This document shows positions 1-7,669 of a stretch of DNA of 38,447 nt, piece by piece. The translations under genes and the position numbers were made by a program. The DNA lies in the IMG/VR virus record IMGVR_UViG_3300046707_000048, positions 1 to 38,447 of that record; one strand, 5' to 3'. A model generated the notes under the pieces. It searched no databases. It worked only from the letters and a program-made list of their open reading frames with translations, and had not been told where the DNA came from. The first letter of the stretch is position 1. Each line of letters opens with the position of its first letter. Origin of the DNA: a virus (lineage: Duplodnaviria > Caudoviricetes).

Positions 1-157
1 TGGGCGGCGTTCGCCGCGCTCGGCGGCGCTGACGCGCTCTCCGCAGACGCGCCGCCCGCTGGCGCTGCGCCTCCGTCTCCGGATTACAGTGGGCGTAGTG
101 ATCCAACTGGGCTGCTCGCGCGGCCGGCGAGGACTCCGCGCTGATGGACAGCCCGCA
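1..157 (+). repeat. Terminal direct repeat, left copy
   Basis: Identical to 38291-38447 except 127-129 (GCG vs TAT at 38417-38419). Confidence 0.97.
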
Positions 158-211
158 GATGGGGCACCGCCGGCGCACGAGGCTCGTGATCCCCCACGCA
201 TTTCTCCCCAT
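1..211 (-). CDS. Small antisense Zn-finger-like basic protein (85 aa, runs across the circular junction to a stop at 38244-38246)
   Basis: Hand translation from ATG 211: MGRNAWGITSLVRRRCPICGLSISAES..AARAAQLDHYAHCNPE..RRARQRRRARR; CxxC...HxxHC; ATG lies 7 nt after a TGgTATAAT; absent from the ORF track because it wraps. Confidence 0.6.
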   Translation of the reverse strand, partial: MGRNAWGITSLVRRRCPICGLSISAESSPAARAAQLDHYAHCNPETEAQRQRAARLRRARQRRRARRTPP

Positions 212-218
212 GCTGTTT

Positions 219-242
219 ATTATACCAGAACCGCTTAGGTTT
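219..242 (-). promoter_or_regulatory. Extended -10 promoter (TGgTATAAT) with adjacent operator-like site AACCTAAGCGGTTCTGG
   Basis: Consensus TATAAT (plus strand attata 219-224) in an AT-rich island of a very GC-rich genome. Confidence 0.7.
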
Positions 243-268
243 CTACCGCTCAGCGCACGAAGGATCCA

Positions 269-2722
269 GTGATGCCGGACGCCATTCTCCAAGAGCTCCT
301 CGAGCGCAAAGCCTACTCTGAGTCGAACTGGCAGGACATCCGCGACGAAGCCGAGACCGATATGCGCTTTGTCGGCGGCGACCCGTGGGACGACGACGAC
401 AAAAAGCTCCGCAAGAACCGCCCGACGATTGCGCCCGAAGAGATGGGCCAGTACTTCAACCACGTCATTAACTCACTGAGAGCGAACCCCCGTGGGATGA
501 AGTTCACGCCGGTCGGGAACGGCGCGAACGACGACGGCGCGGCGTGGTATCAGAACAAGGCGCGCGAGGTCGAGTACCGCAGCCACGCCGACGTCGCCTA
601 TCTCACCGCCGCCGAGAACGCGATTCAGCGCAGCTACGGCTATTGCCGCGTGACGACGAAATACAGCAGTCCGCGTTCGCCGAATCAGGAGGTGTGGATC
701 GAGTCGATCCCTGATCCCGACAAGGTGCTGCTCGACTGCGACGCGAAAGAGCCGGACGCGAGCGATATGCAATATGCGTTCGTGTTCGAGTGGGGCAATC
801 GCGCCGAGGTGGCGAAGAAGCGCGACCTGCTGCTGCCGAAGAAAGCGAAGACGCGCAGCGCGTCGGGCGGCTATGGCGACACCGAGTGGGCCGGATCATC
901 GGGCGCGGCGCCGAGCGGCTGGGCGGCGGGCGATCAGGAGCTGCTCGCGGAGTACTGGACGCTCGAGACGACGCCGCGGCCGTTGCTGCTGATTCGGCCG
1001 CCGGCGCCGCCGCCGCTGCTGGGTGGCCCGATGCTGCCGCCACCGATGGCGATTCCGGGTGTGCGCGGCGGCGTGCCGATGCCGCCGCCGCCGGGATTAC
1101 CCGGTCTCCCGCCGGGTATGCCGCCGCCGCCGGGGATGATGCCACCGGGGATGCCCGGCCCGCCAGGACGGCCGCCGATGTCGCTGGCGGGCCGACGGCC
1201 GGCGCCGCCGCGCGAGCAAACCGTGTTCGCGGACGAGTTCGAGCAGGTCTGGCGCCCGAAAGGGTGGACCGTCGTGCGCGAGCTCCGCCTGGTGGACGAT
1301 CCCGTCGTCAAGATGTACCTCACCGACGGCCTCGAGATCCTGCACGAACAGGACTGGCCGGGGAAATACATTCCGATCGTGTCGTGCTACGGCAAGGTGC
1401 TGTATGTGCCCGACGGCGGCCAGGTGAAGCGCCAGATCCTGTCGATGACGCGCTTCGGTCGCGACCCGTGGAAAGCGTATTGCTATTGCTGCAGCCAGGA
1501 GCTCGAGGTGCTCTCGATGGTGCCGAAGGCGCCGATCATGGCCGTCGAGGGGCAGCTCGGGCGCCATCAGCAGGAGTGGGAAGAGAGCACGCACACGCCG
1601 AAAAGCGTGTTGTTCTACCAGATGAAAACGGCGCAGACGGGCGAGGCCCAACTGCCGCCGCCGCAGCGGCTCGATTACCTGCAGGGCGAATATCTGCAGG
1701 GGCTGCAAGTCGTCAAGGAAGCCTATCGTCGCGCGATTCAGGCCGCGATGGGCAGCAACTTTCTGCCGACGCAGGCGCAGCGCCGCAACGAAAAGTCCGG
1801 CACCGCGCTCGACAAGATCGACGCGGCGGCGGCGCAGGGGACGTATCACTTCGTCCACAGCTACGAGGCGATGATCCGGCGCGTCGGCGTCATCTTTGAA
1901 GACCTGGCGCCGGCCATCTACGACTACACGGGCGAGGTGGGGACGATTGGCGCGGCGGGCGAAGCGATCAACGTGCGGATCAACGACCCGCAGGATCCCG
2001 AGAGCGTCTCGACGCAGGGCGACTATCTGGTGACCGTCTCGACGGCGCCGAGTAGCGAGAGCGAGCGCAGCGCGGCGGAGGATTTCACCGACACGCTGGT
2101 GCAGAACCTGAACATGATCGCGCAGCTCTCGGGGCCGAAAGTGGCGGCGGCGATTCTCGCGCGCTCGGTGCGGCTGCGGACGCTCGGGCCGATGGGGGAC
2201 GCGATCGCGGACCTGATCGAGCCGCCCGAGTTCAAGAGCGCGAACGGTGAGCCGGTGTCGCCGGAGGTCGCGCAGTTGCACGCGCAGGTCCAACAGCTCA
2301 CCCAGCTGCTGCAGCAGGCGCAGCAGGCGGCGCAGGGCAAGGCCGGCGAGCTCCAGAGCAAGCAGCAAATCGCGATGCTGCAGGAGCAGGGCGACAGTCA
2401 GCGGGCGCGCGAGGCGAACGAGACGAAGCTGGCGGTCGCGACGCTGACCGCGAAGTTCGAGACGCTGCAGAACGCCATGAAGCTGTTTGCCGAGGAGCGC
2501 GACCGGCTGGGGACGCAGGCGCACGAGCGGGCGAGCGATGCGATTGCAGCGGCCCACGAGGTGCGGATGGCGGGACGGGCGCACGCGCACGACGAGGCGG
2601 TGCTGGCGGCCGCGCAGGCGCACGACGTGGCGTTGGCCGCGGCAGACGCCGCCGCCTATCCCGCGGCGCCGCCGCAGCCGAACGGCGCGCCGGCCGCAGG
2701 ATTCACACTCCCGACCGACTAA
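269..2722 (+). CDS. Portal protein (P22 gp1-like) with Pro-rich insertion and C-terminal coiled-coil barrel
   Basis: 817 aa; DMRFVGGDPW, RPTI, SYGYCRV, WPGKYIPIVSCYG, C-terminal Q/A-rich heptads; position upstream of scaffold and coat. Confidence 0.9.
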   Translation: MMPDAILQELLERKAYSESNWQDIRDEAETDMRFVGGDPWDDDDKKLRKNRPTIAPEEMGQYFNHVINSLRANPRGMKFTPVGNGANDDGAAWYQNKAREVEYRSHADVAYLTAAENAIQRSYGYCRVTTKYSSPRSPNQEVWIESIPDPDKVLLDCDAKEPDASDMQYAFVFEWGNRAEVAKKRDLLLPKKAKTRSASGGYGDTEWAGSSGAAPSGWAAGDQELLAEYWTLETTPRPLLLIRPPAPPPLLGGPMLPPPMAIPGVRGGVPMPPPPGLPGLPPGMPPPPGMMPPGMPGPPGRPPMSLAGRRPAPPREQTVFADEFEQVWRPKGWTVVRELRLVDDPVVKMYLTDGLEILHEQDWPGKYIPIVSCYGKVLYVPDGGQVKRQILSMTRFGRDPWKAYCYCCSQELEVLSMVPKAPIMAVEGQLGRHQQEWEESTHTPKSVLFYQMKTAQTGEAQLPPPQRLDYLQGEYLQGLQVVKEAYRRAIQAAMGSNFLPTQAQRRNEKSGTALDKIDAAAAQGTYHFVHSYEAMIRRVGVIFEDLAPAIYDYTGEVGTIGAAGEAINVRINDPQDPESVSTQGDYLVTVSTAPSSESERSAAEDFTDTLVQNLNMIAQLSGPKVAAAILARSVRLRTLGPMGDAIADLIEPPEFKSANGEPVSPEVAQLHAQVQQLTQLLQQAQQAAQGKAGELQSKQQIAMLQEQGDSQRAREANETKLAVATLTAKFETLQNAMKLFAEERDRLGTQAHERASDAIAAAHEVRMAGRAHAHDEAVLAAAQAHDVALAAADAAAYPAAPPQPNGAPAAGFTLPTD

Positions 2723-2733
2723 CAGGAGGCCCG

Positions 2734-2931
2734 ATGCCTGACCGGATGTTGCAGTTTTTCGTCTACGACCACTTGCCGGCGCCGTTGCAGAAGGTCAGTC
2801 AGCCGTTCTGCGAGCTCGCGGCGCACGTCGTCGCCACCTATCCCGCGAATCCGGAGCGCACGGTCACGCTGCGGAAGCTGCTCGAGGCGAAAGACGCCGC
2901 CGTGCGGATGGTGCTCGAGACCGCCGAGTAA
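2734..2931 (+). CDS. Conserved small phage helical-hairpin protein (possible Acb2/Tad1-like)
   Basis: RBS AGGAGG; LQFFVYDHLP...PERTVTLRKLLEAKDAAVR, a pattern recurrent in phage proteins. Confidence 0.75.
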   Translation: MPDRMLQFFVYDHLPAPLQKVSQPFCELAAHVVATYPANPERTVTLRKLLEAKDAAVRMVLETAE

Positions 2932-2937
2932 CAACGA

Positions 2938-3261
2938 TCAGGCGGTCTTGCGCGGCCGCCCGCCCAGCCGTCCATTCGCGCGCGAACTGGCGGCCTTCCG
3001 CCGACTGGTGCGTTGGCCGAGGAGCGCGGCGGCGCTGATCAGGGAGAGGCGTGCGGGCGGATCCACCTTAGCGACGTGAATCGTCCCGACGGGCGCGACC
3101 GTGTCGGGGTGCGCCGCGAGATACGCGCCCAAGGTTGCCAGAATCGCGCGCGCCGTGTCGCGGCGGGTCATCGTCTGCGCGTAGACGGGCAAGCCGACCA
3201 CGTACGCACTCACGGCGCCATTCGCTTCCGGCTCAAAGACGATCGGAAAATAGCGACTCAT
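2938..3261 (-). CDS. hicB: HicB-family antitoxin with atypical basic C-terminal GGRP tail
   Basis: N-term YFPIVFEPEANGAVSAYVVGLPVYAQ (HicB partial RNase H-like pattern); overlaps hicA stop; C-term KAASSRANGRLGGRPRK. Confidence 0.8.
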   Translation of the reverse strand: MSRYFPIVFEPEANGAVSAYVVGLPVYAQTMTRRDTARAILATLGAYLAAHPDTVAPVGTIHVAKVDPPARLSLISAAALLGQRTSRRKAASSRANGRLGGRPRKTA

Positions 3262-3443
3262 TTGACCCCTGCCTCTCGCAAAATCCGGTCACCGAGATGC
3301 CCACAGTCCTGTTTCGCGTGGACCGTGACCCACACTTGTCGGCCGGTGTCGGGATGCCGATACAGGACGTGGGCGCCCTTCCCCTTCCGCTGCTCCACGA
3401 ATCCCGCCGCTCTGAGTTTCCGAATCACTTCCGCCCATGTCAC
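3258..3443 (-). CDS. hicA: HicA-family toxin (mRNA interferase)
   Basis: GTG start 3443; EVIRKLRAAGF...KGKGAHVLYRHP...VTVH...ILREAG matches HicA, catalytic His retained. Confidence 0.88.
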   Translation of the reverse strand: MTWAEVIRKLRAAGFVEQRKGKGAHVLYRHPDTGRQVWVTVHAKQDCGHLGDRILREAGVK

Positions 3444-3449
3444 GTTCCC

Positions 3450-3478
3450 AGTATAACCGACCGTTAGGTTCTTGTCCA
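3450..3478 (-). promoter_or_regulatory. hicAB promoter TGGACA-N17-TATACT with imperfect palindromic operator AACCTAACGGTCGGTT in the spacer
   Basis: Direct reading; GTG start lies 6 nt after the -10 (leaderless). Confidence 0.8.
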
Positions 3479-3563
3479 TCCGCCGCGTCCGATTCACAGC
3501 CGCGCGGGCGTTCTATGCCGGCGTGGTGACGCCCCGTAGGGGCTCGCGCCGAGCCCGCCCGAA

Positions 3564-3603
3564 AATAATTGTGGCGCGCCCGGATCGTCCTCCGCACACT
3601 GGC
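3564..3603 (+). promoter_or_regulatory. Putative late promoter AATAATTG-TGGCGC-N17-CACACT-GGC
   Basis: Same architecture and spacing as 35928-35967; directly upstream of scaffold/coat. Confidence 0.6.
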
Positions 3604-3634
3604 TCAACCTCGACCGAAAGGCAGGCTCTGAGTC

Positions 3635-4771
3635 ATGGCCGACGAACTGGCCGGCGCTGCATCCGCGCAGCCGCCCGCCGCCGCAGAATCCGCCCCGCTC
3701 GCCCCGGCACCCGTCTCCGCCGAACGCGCGGCGGCCGACGCCGGCGACTATGCGTCGTTCGATCGGGCGCACGTCGCCAAACGGCAGGGCAAGAGTGTGC
3801 CGGCCGTCGATCCCGCGAGCGCGCCGCGCGTGCCGCCGGAGGCCGACGCCGCCGACAGCGCCACGACCGGCGAGCGCGCCGTCTCGAAGCGCCAGCAGGC
3901 CATCAACGACTACGAACGCCGCATTGCCCAGCAAGAGCAGCGGATTCAGGAGCTCGAGCACCGCACGCGCGCGGCGCCGCCGGCCCCGAGTCAGCCGCCA
4001 CCGCCCGCACCGGGCGAGTCGGTCCCCGCGCAGGAAACGCCGAAGCAGCGCGTCGCGCGCCTGCTCGCGCTTCCCGAGGCGCCGAAGATCGATGATTTCG
4101 ACACCTACCCCGAATACACCGCCGCGCAAACGCTGTTCCTGCATGACCTGGCGGCCAAGCACCAGGCCGCCCAGACCGCGCAGCGCGACCAGCAGGTCCA
4201 GCGGCACCAGTCGCTCGTCGCGCGCGATGAGGCGTTCCGCGAGCGCCTGACCGCGGCGAAAACGGCCGATCCGGAGTTCGTCGCGTCCCTCTCGGACGAA
4301 GCGAAAAATCTCGGCGGCCTCGATCATGCGCGCCGCACCGGCCAGACGCCGGGGCCGACGCACATCATCGGCGAGCTGCTCTACGACAGCCCGCAGGCGG
4401 TCGCGTTCCTCAAGCACATCTCGGCCAACCCGGACGCGCTGCGCGCCCTGGTGACCCCACCGGAGTCCGTGCTGCGCGTCCCCCCGCAGTGGCGCGCGAA
4501 AGCGCATATCGATCATCTGGTGACGGAGTTCCGCCGCCTCGAGGGCCGGCTGGCCTACGAGGACAGCCTCAGCGCGCCTGACCGCGCGTTGAGGGACATT
4601 CCGCCGCCTGTCACGAGTGTCAGTTCCGCGCCTCCCCCGCCGCCCACGCTCGGCAAAGCGGGCCGCAGCACCGACCCGGTGCGCTCGGCCCTGCAACGCA
4701 ACGACTTTGCGGCGTTCGACGCTGCCGAAGTCGAGCGCCGGATGCGCCGGCGGGCCGGACGCGCAGGTTAA
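3635..4771 (+). CDS. Capsid scaffolding protein
   Basis: Between portal and coat; A/P-rich N-term, coiled coil, PKIDDFDTYPEY motif, basic C-terminal helix. Confidence 0.8.
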   Translation: MADELAGAASAQPPAAAESAPLAPAPVSAERAAADAGDYASFDRAHVAKRQGKSVPAVDPASAPRVPPEADAADSATTGERAVSKRQQAINDYERRIAQQEQRIQELEHRTRAAPPAPSQPPPPAPGESVPAQETPKQRVARLLALPEAPKIDDFDTYPEYTAAQTLFLHDLAAKHQAAQTAQRDQQVQRHQSLVARDEAFRERLTAAKTADPEFVASLSDEAKNLGGLDHARRTGQTPGPTHIIGELLYDSPQAVAFLKHISANPDALRALVTPPESVLRVPPQWRAKAHIDHLVTEFRRLEGRLAYEDSLSAPDRALRDIPPPVTSVSSAPPPPPTLGKAGRSTDPVRSALQRNDFAAFDAAEVERRMRRRAGRAG

Positions 4772-4783
4772 GGAAGTTTCTGC

Positions 4784-6040
4784 ATGGCGACGAATACCTT
4801 CAACAAAACGACCTGGGTGGCGATGAAAGGCTTGTCGCTGCTCAAGAACAGCCTCGCGGTTGCGCCCTATTTCAGCGACGAGTACTCCGGCGACTACGCG
4901 CAAAAGTTCGCGATCGGCCGCACGATGACGGTGCCGCTCTCGCAGCGCTACGTCGTCCAGCGCAACGACATGACGTTTACCGCGCAGGGGCTCGACCGGC
5001 CGACGACTACGATCAGCATCGACCAGACGGCGACGATCGCGCTCGAGTGGGGCTCGATTGAGCAGGCGCTCGACATGGAGCGCGGCGAAGAGCGCGTCGA
5101 GGAGATTTACCTCAAGCCGGCGGTCGCGTATCTGCGGCAGGAGATCGAGTCGAGCGCGGCGCAGTTCGCGGCGCAGAACAGCAGCATGGTCGTCGGGCAG
5201 CTCGGCACGAACCCCGGCACCTACGATCTGACGTCGGGTGCAGCGCTGCAGCGGCTGACCGAGATGGGTTGCCCGGTGGACGATGACGACTTGGGGCTGT
5301 TCCTGCCGCCGGCCGTTAACCGCGTGGTCAAGACGAGCGCGAACAGCTTCTTTAATCCGCAACTCGACCTGAGCAAGCAGTTCCGCAGCGGGTTCGTGCA
5401 GAAGAGCGACAGCTTCGACTGGTATGCGTCGAATAGTCTGTATCGGCACACGGCCGGGCACTGGGCCGGCGCGGTGACGATGAGCGCGGCGGCAGCCCAG
5501 AGTGGCGCGTCGATCAATCTCGTGGTCACCAGCGGCGACACGTTCAAGAAGGGCGATAAGTTCTCGATCGCCAACGTGAACGAAGTGAACCTGATGTCAC
5601 GCACCGTGAACAGCACGGCGACGGCGGGGACGAAGACGTTCACGGTCACGGCGGCGGTGACGGCGGCGAGCGCGGCGGCGACGATCACGATCTATCCGCC
5701 GATCTACGGGCCCGGCTCGCATTATCAGAACGTGGATGCGCTGCCGGCGCCGCTCGCGGCGCTGACGCTGTGGCCCGGCACGACGGCGCCGAATGACAAG
5801 GTGGGCAAGATCGGGCTCGGGCTCTATCCTGGCGCGTTCTTCATTGCCGGCGTGAAGCTCGAGGAGCCGACGAAAGCCGAGTTCTGCAAGCAGTATCAGG
5901 ACGCCAAAACCGGCTTAGCCATCAGGTTGATCCAAGACTGGGACAACCGGACCAGTTCGATGACGACGCGCTTCGATCTGACGTGGGGCTTCGGCATTGG
6001 CCTCGCGGAGCAGTGCGCCGTCGCGATTGCCTGCGCCTGA
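4784..6040 (+). CDS. Major capsid protein (P22 gp5 coat family)
   Basis: 418 aa; MATNTF..., IGRTMTVP, FKKGDKFSIANVNEVN insertion domain, IYPPI, C-terminal TRFDLTWGF. Confidence 0.9.
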   Translation: MATNTFNKTTWVAMKGLSLLKNSLAVAPYFSDEYSGDYAQKFAIGRTMTVPLSQRYVVQRNDMTFTAQGLDRPTTTISIDQTATIALEWGSIEQALDMERGEERVEEIYLKPAVAYLRQEIESSAAQFAAQNSSMVVGQLGTNPGTYDLTSGAALQRLTEMGCPVDDDDLGLFLPPAVNRVVKTSANSFFNPQLDLSKQFRSGFVQKSDSFDWYASNSLYRHTAGHWAGAVTMSAAAAQSGASINLVVTSGDTFKKGDKFSIANVNEVNLMSRTVNSTATAGTKTFTVTAAVTAASAAATITIYPPIYGPGSHYQNVDALPAPLAALTLWPGTTAPNDKVGKIGLGLYPGAFFIAGVKLEEPTKAEFCKQYQDAKTGLAIRLIQDWDNRTSSMTTRFDLTWGFGIGLAEQCAVAIACA

Positions 6041-6046
6041 CCGCCG

Positions 6047-6084
6047 GGGACGGCTGCGCGTGTCCCCCCGCGCGCGGCCGTCTC
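6047..6084 (+). terminator. Strong hairpin after coat gene (terminator/attenuator or mRNA stabiliser)
   Basis: 14-bp stem GGGACGGCTGCGCG / CGCGCGGCCGTCTC (two G-U pairs), 10-nt loop, no clear U-tract. Confidence 0.55.
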
Positions 6085-6115
6085 ATCCCTTGTGCTGCTG
6101 ATCAGGAGGTTCCCC

Positions 6116-6673
6116 GTGACGACACGCACGACACGCACGACACGCAGCGCCACCGACGGCGAACCGCCGGTCGTCGGCGACATAGTCATCTACCATCATC
6201 CGGCGACGGTGCAGAACCCGGCGACGGAAAGCCCCGCCGTCGTCCAGGCGGTGCGCGACACGGGCGCGGTGCGCCTCTGCGTCTTCGCGCAGGGCGGGAT
6301 CGAGCTCGTGGAGGGCGTGACGCAGGGCGACGCGCTCGGGCAGTGGAACTGGGAGCCGGCGCCGCCGCTCACCGTGACGGCGCTCGTGCCGGATACCATC
6401 GCGATCGGCGCGCCGTCTACGACGTTGCAGGTCCAGGGCACCGGCTTCACCGCCGATTCGGTGATCAGCTTCGCGGGCCACGACGAGCCGACGACGCTGG
6501 TGTCAGCGACGGAGGTGACGACCGGGATCGACATGAGTGTCTGGCTCGGGCCGGACAGCGTGCCGGTGACGGTGCGGAACGGCACCGGCGCCCCGACCGC
6601 GCCGCTGATGTTTACGTTCACGGCGGCGGCGGCGCGCGAGACGGAGCCGCCGGCACGGCGTGCGCGGGGGTAA
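6116..6673 (+). CDS. Virion accessory/decoration protein with C-terminal IPT/TIG Ig-like domain
   Basis: AGGAGG then GTG 6116; PLTVTALVP..TLQVQGTGFTADSVISF...VPVTVRNG...FTF is an IPT/TIG pattern; N-terminal VGDIVIY..PAVV..GQWNW domain. Confidence 0.7.
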   Translation: MTTRTTRTTRSATDGEPPVVGDIVIYHHPATVQNPATESPAVVQAVRDTGAVRLCVFAQGGIELVEGVTQGDALGQWNWEPAPPLTVTALVPDTIAIGAPSTTLQVQGTGFTADSVISFAGHDEPTTLVSATEVTTGIDMSVWLGPDSVPVTVRNGTGAPTAPLMFTFTAAAARETEPPARRARG

Positions 6674-6695
6674 CCCCGTGCGGAATGGAGCACCG

Positions 6696-6947
6696 ATGAC
6701 GCAGGGTAAAGCCTTCGACCAGATGAACCCGCCGCTGTCCGTGACGGACCCGCACGGCCTCAGCGCGCTGTATCCCCGGCACGTCCACAAGGCCGGCGTC
6801 TCGGAGGACGGGGGGCCGCTCTACCTCGTCGTGCAGACGGCGCACGAGGAAGCCGACGCGATTGCGGACGGCTGGTTGCTTGAGAAGCCGTCCCCGACCG
6901 CCGAGGCGGCACCCGTGCGGGGGCCGGCGCCGGCGCGCAAGCGGTAG
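6696..6947 (+). CDS. Small hypothetical virion-module protein
   Basis: GGAG + ATG 6696; YPRHVHK...EEADAIADGW pattern seen after P22-like coat genes. Confidence 0.65.
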   Translation: MTQGKAFDQMNPPLSVTDPHGLSALYPRHVHKAGVSEDGGPLYLVVQTAHEEADAIADGWLLEKPSPTAEAAPVRGPAPARKR

Positions 6948-6949
6948 CC

Positions 6950-7669
6950 ATGCCGATCCCCGTCTCCGATCTGATCGCCGGCGCGCTCACCGAGATCCGC
7001 GTCGCGCGCGGCGGCGACGTGGTGCGGGCCGAAGATCAGGCGCTCTGTCTGACGTTCCTCAACGAGATCCTCGAGCGGCTCGCCGTGACGCCGAACGCGC
7101 TCTTTGCGCGGACGCTGACGAGTAGCCCGCTGATACCGGGCCTGAGCCCGCATACCGTCGGTCCGACCGGCACGTTCGTCGTGTCACGGCGCCCGGTGCG
7201 GCTCTACAGCGTCGCGCTCGACCTGGCGCCGGCGACCAGTCTGGACGTGCCGCTGCAGTCGGCGGGCTGGTATCAGGGCCAGACGGCGCCGCTCCTGACG
7301 AGTCCGATTCCGGAGGGCGTGTACTACAACCCGACGTGGCCGAATGGCGAGCTGAATTTCTGGCCGATCCCGTCGATGCCGTACGTGGTGACGCTCGAGA
7401 CGGACCAGGCGCTCGTCGCCGTCGCGGACACCGACCGCCTCGACGTGCCGCCGGGCTATGGTGAACTACTGCGGCTGTGGACGGCGAAGAAAGCGGCGCC
7501 GAGTTTCGGCCAGACGTTCGCGCCGGCGTCAGAGCAGGCGCTGAGTGAGTGTCTGCGCGAGGTTTTCGGCAGCAATCTCGGCCGCGTGAACGACGCGGAC
7601 ACGCGCGATGGCGGCGTGCCCGGCGGGGGCGGCGGCACCTACGACTACCGGACCGGGATGGTGACGTAG
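6950..7669 (+). CDS. Head-tail adaptor (P22 gp4-like DNA stabilisation protein)
   Basis: DLIAGALTEIRV, YYNPTWPNGELNFWPIP, VPPGY; synteny. Confidence 0.78.
   Translation: MPIPVSDLIAGALTEIRVARGGDVVRAEDQALCLTFLNEILERLAVTPNALFARTLTSSPLIPGLSPHTVGPTGTFVVSRRPVRLYSVALDLAPATSLDVPLQSAGWYQGQTAPLLTSPIPEGVYYNPTWPNGELNFWPIPSMPYVVTLETDQALVAVADTDRLDVPPGYGELLRLWTAKKAAPSFGQTFAPASEQALSECLREVFGSNLGRVNDADTRDGGVPGGGGGTYDYRTGMVT

Noticed and set aside
1-157. DGR template/variable repeat pair or true physical terminal repeats
   Set aside because: No reverse transcriptase; mismatches are not adenine-specific; the repeat starts mid-gene, which fits an assembly overlap of a circular or permuted genome
3494-5461. 655-aa minus-strand ORF (and similar long ORFs 1097-2623, 7529-9034, 11131-12648, 12065-13714, 13948-15429, 32330-34720)
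   Set aside because: Antisense shadows of real high-GC genes; R/A/G-rich with no motifs or RBS
6020-6120. Programmed frameshift or readthrough fusing the coat protein to the Ig-domain protein
   Set aside because: No slippery heptamer at the coat end; the downstream gene has its own AGGAGG and GTG
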